Shown one piece after another: positions 58,002 to 64,000 of a stretch of 64,000 nucleotides of DNA. The translations under genes were made by a program, and so were the position numbers. The DNA is taken from the IMG/VR virus record IMGVR_UViG_3300010346_000998, one strand, 5' to 3'. Each line of letters starts with the position of its first letter. Position 1 is the first letter of the stretch. Under the pieces are notes generated by a model. It made no database searches. It worked only from the letters and a program-made list of their open reading frames with translations, and was not told where the DNA came from. Source of the DNA: a virus.

Positions 58002-59696
58002 TTAAGTAATAAATCCATCTTTAAATCCTATTGACCAATTTACATTGGCTTCATTCATTTGTGGAGTTTCTATTGAAATTAATTTTACATTTCCACTTAA
58101 AAATGTAATATTTGTAATAGATTGACTATCGCTTCCTCCTGGTTCAGGTACAATTGTATCAAAAACAGAACCGCTCAGGAATGAAATATTTGTAACAGAT
58201 TGACTATCGCTTCCTCCTGGTTCAGGTACAATTGTATCAAAAACAGAACCACTTAAAAAAGTTGAATATACTATAGAATTTTCTTCTGGTGTAGATACTG
58301 GCACCGGAATTTCTAAAATACTGCCCGATAAAAATCCTACACTTGATAATCCATATTCTTTAGTTATATAATTATCTATACTCCCGTATTGAAACCCTAT
58401 ATTAAATAGCGGAAAATCGGGGAAAGGTGGTGCGTTCCATATATCCCCGCTGTTAAATGCTATAGATACTGGAGCCGAATGTTCTATATTCATATTAACA
58501 TGTCCATTAGCCCAAGAACTGGTAACTTTACCGTACATATTACTAACCATAACCCGATAGCTTCCCGAGTCAGCAAGAGTAATATTATTAACTCGCAGAC
58601 AACTTGTATTACTTCCGCTATAATGACCGTTGTCAGATAATAAAGTACTGCCTGATTGCCATTGCCAATACATGGGAGATGACCCGCCAAGAACAGTTAC
58701 ACAAAAATCAAAATTAGAGCCAATGTCTTTAAATTCGTCATTGGGGTTACTAATAATTGGAGGATTTCTAATAATATATAAATGAGCCATAGAGCTTGTT
58801 GCTCCTTTAGTAGCTGCATTATGTGCGCGAACACTATAAGTACCTTCATTTTCAAAAGTAACATTATCAATATATAACGTTGGTCCAGTACTTCCCGAAA
58901 TTTGTCCTCCGTCGGTCATGGCATAACTACTAGAAAACCACTGAAAAGTAATGGGGCGGGGAGCTCCGCTTGCACTTACACTAAACAAAATATTTTCGCC
59001 GAGTTCAGCATAAACGTCAACGGGGTCAGTTAAAAGTATAAAATCATAAACTGGACAAAAATAATCTGATGAACCAGAATATATTTCATTTTCAATAAGC
59101 CAATCTCTTACTTCTTGAATTTTTGAAAATAAATTATATCCACCTATAAGATTTTGATATCCATCATCAAATATAATAACTTGGTCATCAAGGAGATTAT
59201 CATAAAATTTAACACTTTTTGGTTCTATCTTATCTCCAAACACACTATTAGGTACAGAAAACATTCTAAAGTGGTCCGAGAGATTTCGAAGAGTTTTACT
59301 TAATGGAAAATCAATATGTTCAACTCCGAAGATTTCTATAGGATTATTTCGAGTATTATAAAAAGCATTTTTTATTTGTCGATGTACCAGGCTTTTATAA
59401 GTTCCATTAATATTTCTTTCATCGGAAGAAGAATTGAAAGTTTTATATCCTGCTATTCCTTCTTCATATTCAATGGGGTCATCTCCTTGTTGTTCTAATG
59501 CAATATTACACTCTCTATTAAGAATGGGGTCCCCAAAATTATAATCAACATAATCTAAAGATACTTTAGTTTCGGAGGAGTAAATATTAGGCTCTGTTAT
59601 AACTACATCATCACCTTGAATATTGTATAAAGCTCGAGATTTAGCCGCAACAAACGGCGTAGTCAAAATATTTTGGTAATTGATATGTTTTAACAT
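58002..59696 (-). CDS. Ig-domain virion protein
   Basis: Two Ig-like modules (FQW...LYIDNVTFENEGTYSV; WQW...LRVNNITLADSGSYRV); C-terminal FLSG repeats. Confidence 0.7.
   Translation of the reverse strand: MLKHINYQNILTTPFVAAKSRALYNIQGDDVVITEPNIYSSETKVSLDYVDYNFGDPILNRECNIALEQQGDDPIEYEEGIAGYKTFNSSSDERNINGTYKSLVHRQIKNAFYNTRNNPIEIFGVEHIDFPLSKTLRNLSDHFRMFSVPNSVFGDKIEPKSVKFYDNLLDDQVIIFDDGYQNLIGGYNLFSKIQEVRDWLIENEIYSGSSDYFCPVYDFILLTDPVDVYAELGENILFSVSASGAPRPITFQWFSSSYAMTDGGQISGSTGPTLYIDNVTFENEGTYSVRAHNAATKGATSSMAHLYIIRNPPIISNPNDEFKDIGSNFDFCVTVLGGSSPMYWQWQSGSTLLSDNGHYSGSNTSCLRVNNITLADSGSYRVMVSNMYGKVTSSWANGHVNMNIEHSAPVSIAFNSGDIWNAPPFPDFPLFNIGFQYGSIDNYITKEYGLSSVGFLSGSILEIPVPVSTPEENSIVYSTFLSGSVFDTIVPEPGGSDSQSVTNISFLSGSVFDTIVPEPGGSDSQSITNITFLSGNVKLISIETPQMNEANVNWSIGFKDGFIT
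58119..58250. repeat. Two identical 54-nt blocks, period 78 nt (GSVFDTIVPEPGGSDSQS)
   Basis: 58119-58172 is identical to 58197-58250. Confidence 0.9.
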
Positions 59697-59702
59697 TCAA
59701 TG

Positions 59703-59710
59703 TATAAATA
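59703..59710 (-). promoter_or_regulatory. TATTTATA upstream motif
   Basis: Coding-strand TATTTATA 6 nt upstream of ATG 59696. Confidence 0.5.
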
Positions 59711-59765
59711 TCCTCGTATTATATGTTTAAGGAAATTTGTTACATATAATTTTATAAAAAACACA

Positions 59766-60923
59766 TTAAAAATCTAAACGAACTTTAATAAGCAATTCTT
59801 GGTCAAACGATTTAACAGCGGGTCGACTTAATTTTGCTACAGCGACAAGCTCGTGATTATCATTATATAAACCTACGGTAGTAATATATGTCCTGGGGTC
59901 AGAAATAAAATCGGCATTATAAATTTGCCCTTTAGGATGTGTTTTATCAGTTCCATCATAAACATATGTTGGATTATTACTATAATTAAAATCTCGATTT
60001 GTTACTCGAATGAAATAATGTCGTGCGGGAACATATTCTGATTTCCGAACATTCATTAACATTCCATTTGCCGCATTCATTGATGCAAAAAGAGTTTTAT
60101 GATTATATGTGTAGTCAATTTCTCCTGGTAATGTTCCGGAAATATATGGCCAAGATTCATTTTCACATGGTCCTCCCGTACCCGGCCCTGCTCCCGAGCC
60201 ACTGGAAATACCAACTCGATTTGCTAATAAAGAAGCATTAAGAATTACAATCCCCACTTGAGGATAAAATAAACCAAGTCCTTCATAAGTTGGACTGTTA
60301 GGAGGATTAGATATACTTCCAGTTACAAGTTGATAAACATATTGATTTTGAGTAGTATAAATTGAATCATCTATCAATGTTACAACGCCTTTAGAACCCG
60401 AAAAATTTAATTGTAATAGACCTTCATCAACCCGGTCTTTCATTTTATATGCTGAAAAATTTATAATCCAAATATCAGGCGCAGCTGTTGTAGTACTAGC
60501 ACTTAACATTGAAAACATTCCATTGGATATAGCAGTTACATCCGAATTAGCTAAAAGAATATTTTTATATTGAGTATAAATAGCTTTTGTTGGAGAGGCG
60601 GCTATATCTGAAATTTCTGTTTCAAAAGACCCACTTCCTAAATTTCCGTAAAAATTTCCATATGCAATAGAAAAATAAGGGTCATAATTGACATAAGAAG
60701 ATTCGTCGGGAAATACATTAAGATAATACATGGTATATCGAACATCATAATGTGAAGTTCCGTACGATGGAGATGGTGTATCTGGACCAGTAATTCGCCA
60801 AAAATCATCGATAAAATTTCCTTGGTCCCAACTTGGGGAACCATCTGGCCAAAATCCACTTGCTACACGAGTAGTACGTCCAGCTACTATGTCTCGATTG
60901 GAGTCAAATTTATTAAATATCAT
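59766..60923 (-). CDS. Putative virion (baseplate/fibre-collar) protein
   Basis: C-terminal YITTVGLYNDNHELVAVAKL shared with 52052-54478. Confidence 0.6.
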   Translation of the reverse strand: MIFNKFDSNRDIVAGRTTRVASGFWPDGSPSWDQGNFIDDFWRITGPDTPSPSYGTSHYDVRYTMYYLNVFPDESSYVNYDPYFSIAYGNFYGNLGSGSFETEISDIAASPTKAIYTQYKNILLANSDVTAISNGMFSMLSASTTTAAPDIWIINFSAYKMKDRVDEGLLQLNFSGSKGVVTLIDDSIYTTQNQYVYQLVTGSISNPPNSPTYEGLGLFYPQVGIVILNASLLANRVGISSGSGAGPGTGGPCENESWPYISGTLPGEIDYTYNHKTLFASMNAANGMLMNVRKSEYVPARHYFIRVTNRDFNYSNNPTYVYDGTDKTHPKGQIYNADFISDPRTYITTVGLYNDNHELVAVAKLSRPAVKSFDQELLIKVRLDF

Positions 60924-60927
60924 ATTT

Positions 60928-61569
60928 TTACTTTTGAGTTGGAACGGTTACGGTAACTTCAATTGCCGTACTTCCGCCCGATTCATTTCCATAAATTGTT
61001 AAATTAGTAGTCGTCGTTTTATTTAATCCGCTATTGGGTACAAAACGGAATGAATTTCCAACAACAACTTGAGCACTAGAAATATTAATGTCTCCCGCAA
61101 AAGTTGGGATTACATTTGAAACAGTATTAATTGCATTTGTTTTTTGAACTATTAATAATCCAACATTTTTATTTCCAAGAATGGCTGTATAACCCGCCTG
61201 CAAATTATAAGCCGGATTTGTTGAAGGATTAATAATAATATCGCCGGCATAATCCTTTGTTACTAATATTTTATCTTGAGCAATAGTAATAACAGGGATA
61301 GAAGTAACACCATGATTTAAAGTAACAAGCTTGTATTTCATGGTTTGGGTTTCATCCGTTAATGGTTCAAAAATAGGTGTGTTACGTAAAGCAATATCAT
61401 AAAAAGCACTTCCATTGGGATGATTTGGCTGATATAATGTATAATCAATCTCATCATCAGCCAACGCAAAATATGTAATATTTAAATTTCCATTTTTTGC
61501 TAAAAGCTGGCGTCCTTTTTGTGTTAAAATTGCATCTACTGTTATAGTTTGATTATCAATATATGCCAT
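60928..61569 (-). CDS. Putative virion structural protein
   Basis: AILTQKGRQLLAK...ITYFALADD resembles tail-collar N-terminal motifs. Confidence 0.55.
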   Translation of the reverse strand: MAYIDNQTITVDAILTQKGRQLLAKNGNLNITYFALADDEIDYTLYQPNHPNGSAFYDIALRNTPIFEPLTDETQTMKYKLVTLNHGVTSIPVITIAQDKILVTKDYAGDIIINPSTNPAYNLQAGYTAILGNKNVGLLIVQKTNAINTVSNVIPTFAGDINISSAQVVVGNSFRFVPNSGLNKTTTTNLTIYGNESGGSTAIEVTVTVPTQK

Positions 61570-61646
61570 AAATTATACTCCATATTTTTATTATTATATA
61601 TCTTATAAAAGGTATTCATCTATAAGTATCATTGAATTTACAATTT

Positions 61647-62483
61647 TTAATGATAAATTATATTGTCTGTTTTAATAAGATTAATATTTGTTACTTGTGC
61701 CACTTGAACTGGGTCACTACCATCACTAATTCCGTTAAATCCTATAGTTGTATTAGCTGTTTGTCTTCCTCTTTGATATGAAGAAGATATATTAATTTTT
61801 CCTATTTGTCCATAACTTGTAAATCTTTCCATAGAAAAATAACCCCGCTTATGAATATAATGATTTCTGGGGTATCCCCGCACAATTTCAAAATATGTAC
61901 CATCATCTCTATAAATTGGACGTTTCATTAATGCTTGATATTGTTCGGTTGTCATTCCATTATACGGTGGCGGAGGGATAAGTGGATTATATTGTTCATA
62001 ATATCCATAAACTGGATGGTTTAATAATGCACTTGCTCCTGGATTATATCGCCAAACAAAATTATTTATTTTAGAATTTGGACTATTATGCCATGTATTT
62101 GATTCATGTTCCCATACATGAAATCCATCGTCATTCGTACCTTTATAATAATTATTTAAAGCAGGGGTAGAATCTTGAGCACTAGATGTATAAACATTAC
62201 TTAAAAACCATTTATCACTGACTATTACATAATCATATAAATAAACAGAACAAGTAGAATAAACATTAGCTTTTGGACTATCTGGTATATTATAAGTTGC
62301 TGTTGCTGTTAATTGTCGAATGGAACTGCTACAAATAGAAATTTGCGAAGGATTGTCCGACCGAACATATGACCCCGATTTAGCATAAATCGTATATTTT
62401 TTCCATCGTTTAAGCAGGAATTCCGACTTTCCATAAAGCGGATGTATTTCCTTAAACATGTTAAAAGCAATTTCTCCATTCAT
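61647..62483 (-). CDS. Hypothetical protein
   Basis: 278 aa ORF within the structural gene run. Confidence 0.6.
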   Translation of the reverse strand: MNGEIAFNMFKEIHPLYGKSEFLLKRWKKYTIYAKSGSYVRSDNPSQISICSSSIRQLTATATYNIPDSPKANVYSTCSVYLYDYVIVSDKWFLSNVYTSSAQDSTPALNNYYKGTNDDGFHVWEHESNTWHNSPNSKINNFVWRYNPGASALLNHPVYGYYEQYNPLIPPPPYNGMTTEQYQALMKRPIYRDDGTYFEIVRGYPRNHYIHKRGYFSMERFTSYGQIGKINISSSYQRGRQTANTTIGFNGISDGSDPVQVAQVTNINLIKTDNIIYH

Positions 62484-62493
62484 AAATTAATAT

Positions 62494-63981
62494 TTAGTGT
62501 GGACAAGTTAATGTAGCCTCCCACGCAGTATTGTCTAATGGTGACCATATACGAAGTGTAGCATATATTGAATTTGTTTCTTTCTTAAATGTCGCACTCC
62601 CTCCTCCTGGAGTTTGTATTTGTTCATTATCTCCCAATAACTTCAATTTTGTCAATTGTTTTTTATATCCGCTATTATTTGCTCCCACCCATTTAGTATC
62701 TATTTTTATCTCTCCATCATAAATAACTTGGAATCTATCAGGAATAGTAAAAGAATTATATTGTAATGTTACAACTCCTGTTCCAGAACCAAGTTGTACA
62801 ACATAATCGGTATAATATGGCGGGTCTTTCTTTCTTCCACCACGAACTTCTAATGCTTGTCCGCACGGTGTTGAGGGCGGAGGAATAAATGGGGGCGGTT
62901 CTGGTGTTGGACAACTCATCGTAAAACTACAAGTTGTATTAAATGGATTATATACACTTACATATGTTAAATTATTAGTTTTATTCTTTGTAAAATAAAT
63001 TGTACCACTACCTGGAGTTTCAATAACATTACTAATTGGAGTTAAAGAAGCCGATAAATAAGAAGGTGTTGGATTTGGACCATATGGTAACAAAGCATCG
63101 TTAATATTATCCACTGCCGTTTGGTCAGCGCTTCCGCTATATAGCCATTTTGTATCTAATTGTACTTCTCCATCTATAGTAACTACATATCTGGAAGCAC
63201 TATTATTTACATTATAACTAAATGTTACTGGAGTTGTGAGAGAACCCAATGAATAAAGATATAATTTAGTAAATGATTTATCTCCAAAATTCCCACCCTC
63301 AAATTTTTCCATATAAGGTCCATTACAATTTTGTGGCGGAGCATTAACAGTAATATAACTATAACTAACATGAGTTGCCGTATAAATATTTTGAGTACTG
63401 CCGGGTCCTGGTACATGTGCGGTTGCAGTTAATTTAACACTATAAATACCAGGATTATAATAAATTAAAGTGGGTGAAATTTCGGTACTTGTGACAGAAG
63501 CAGACCCAAATTCCCACAGATAAGAATCGGCATTAAAACTAAAATTATCAAAATTAACTTCTAATGGAGCCATACCAACTGTAGGATTGGCTTCAAAATA
63601 TGCATTCATGTTATATTCAACTACTTTTATATAACTTTGACGAATTTTATGCAATCCATATTTTCCATAATATCCCATTAAAGTTACAGTATAAATACCG
63701 GGCGTTGTGTATATATGTACGGGGTTCTTTTCTGTGCTAGTTTGGCCATCCCCAAAATCCCAGCTATAATTACTAGCTCCAAAAGACTCATTATTAAAAT
63801 ATACTGTTAAAGGAGCATAACCATATAGAGGATTTCCGGTAAAATCTATAGTTCGAGTAGGAACGCCCCCAGCAAAATGACCAAATTCAAATGGGTCAGC
63901 AAGGTCTTGAATATAATTTCCACCATAATTCACCGGATAATCTCGTATGGGTAAGAAAACATAACCCGCATTTAAATTCAT
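62494..63981 (-). CDS. PKD-domain virion protein (probably 5'-truncated by the window edge)
   Basis: Two PKD modules (APLTVYFNN...YSWDFGDG...NPVHIYTTPGIYTVTL); the frame stays open from 63981 to the window end. Confidence 0.8.
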   Translation of the reverse strand: MNLNAGYVFLPIRDYPVNYGGNYIQDLADPFEFGHFAGGVPTRTIDFTGNPLYGYAPLTVYFNNESFGASNYSWDFGDGQTSTEKNPVHIYTTPGIYTVTLMGYYGKYGLHKIRQSYIKVVEYNMNAYFEANPTVGMAPLEVNFDNFSFNADSYLWEFGSASVTSTEISPTLIYYNPGIYSVKLTATAHVPGPGSTQNIYTATHVSYSYITVNAPPQNCNGPYMEKFEGGNFGDKSFTKLYLYSLGSLTTPVTFSYNVNNSASRYVVTIDGEVQLDTKWLYSGSADQTAVDNINDALLPYGPNPTPSYLSASLTPISNVIETPGSGTIYFTKNKTNNLTYVSVYNPFNTTCSFTMSCPTPEPPPFIPPPSTPCGQALEVRGGRKKDPPYYTDYVVQLGSGTGVVTLQYNSFTIPDRFQVIYDGEIKIDTKWVGANNSGYKKQLTKLKLLGDNEQIQTPGGGSATFKKETNSIYATLRIWSPLDNTAWEATLTCPH

Positions 63982-64000
63982 TGATTGTGAAGGAACAATC

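Noticed and set aside
1-64000. Stop-codon reassignment (alternative genetic code), as in some large phages
   Set aside because: Standard-code ORFs tile the window densely with intact conserved proteins, and TGA serves as a real stop in ATGA/GTGA overlaps; TAG use was not tallied
1-64000. tRNA, rRNA or group I intron genes
   Set aside because: No T-loop/cloverleaf or intron-like interruption recognised; the insertions in portal and nucleotidyltransferase are in frame with intein termini. tRNAscan-SE/Infernal were not run

Overview
A 64 kb, AT-rich segment of a large T4-like (Myoviridae-type, possibly jumbo) bacteriophage genome, mostly coded on the minus strand in the standard code. Read in transcription order (right to left) it holds: adhesin/baseplate-type virion genes (PKD, Ig, Fn3, FG-GAP); a DNA-metabolism block (RuvC-like, primase, fused SbcD-SbcC, four DNA methyltransferases); large terminase; a portal protein with two inteins; prohead protease, scaffold and major capsid protein; neck proteins like gp13, gp14 and gp15; and a SASYA-repeat protein. 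Accessory genes are interleaved in the head module. The most notable is a set of at least 9 proteins sharing an N-terminal MIKL-x(2-5)-[LI]-x-E leader that resembles a capsid-targeting, prohead-protease-cleaved propeptide. The leader is fused to a CCA-adding enzyme, several ADP-ribosyltransferase-fold domains and a SWIM protein, and sits beside a Nudix-SleB-GNAT fusion. I interpret this as a candidate virion-packaged, injected effector arsenal (inference). Also seen: an intein-containing RlaP-like nucleotidyltransferase, an IS200/IS605 (TnpB-type) end remnant, a strand-oriented TATTTATA upstream motif, and apparent avoidance of GATC. No tRNA, rRNA or CRISPR array was recognised. All family assignments come from motif recognition by eye; no database searches were run.
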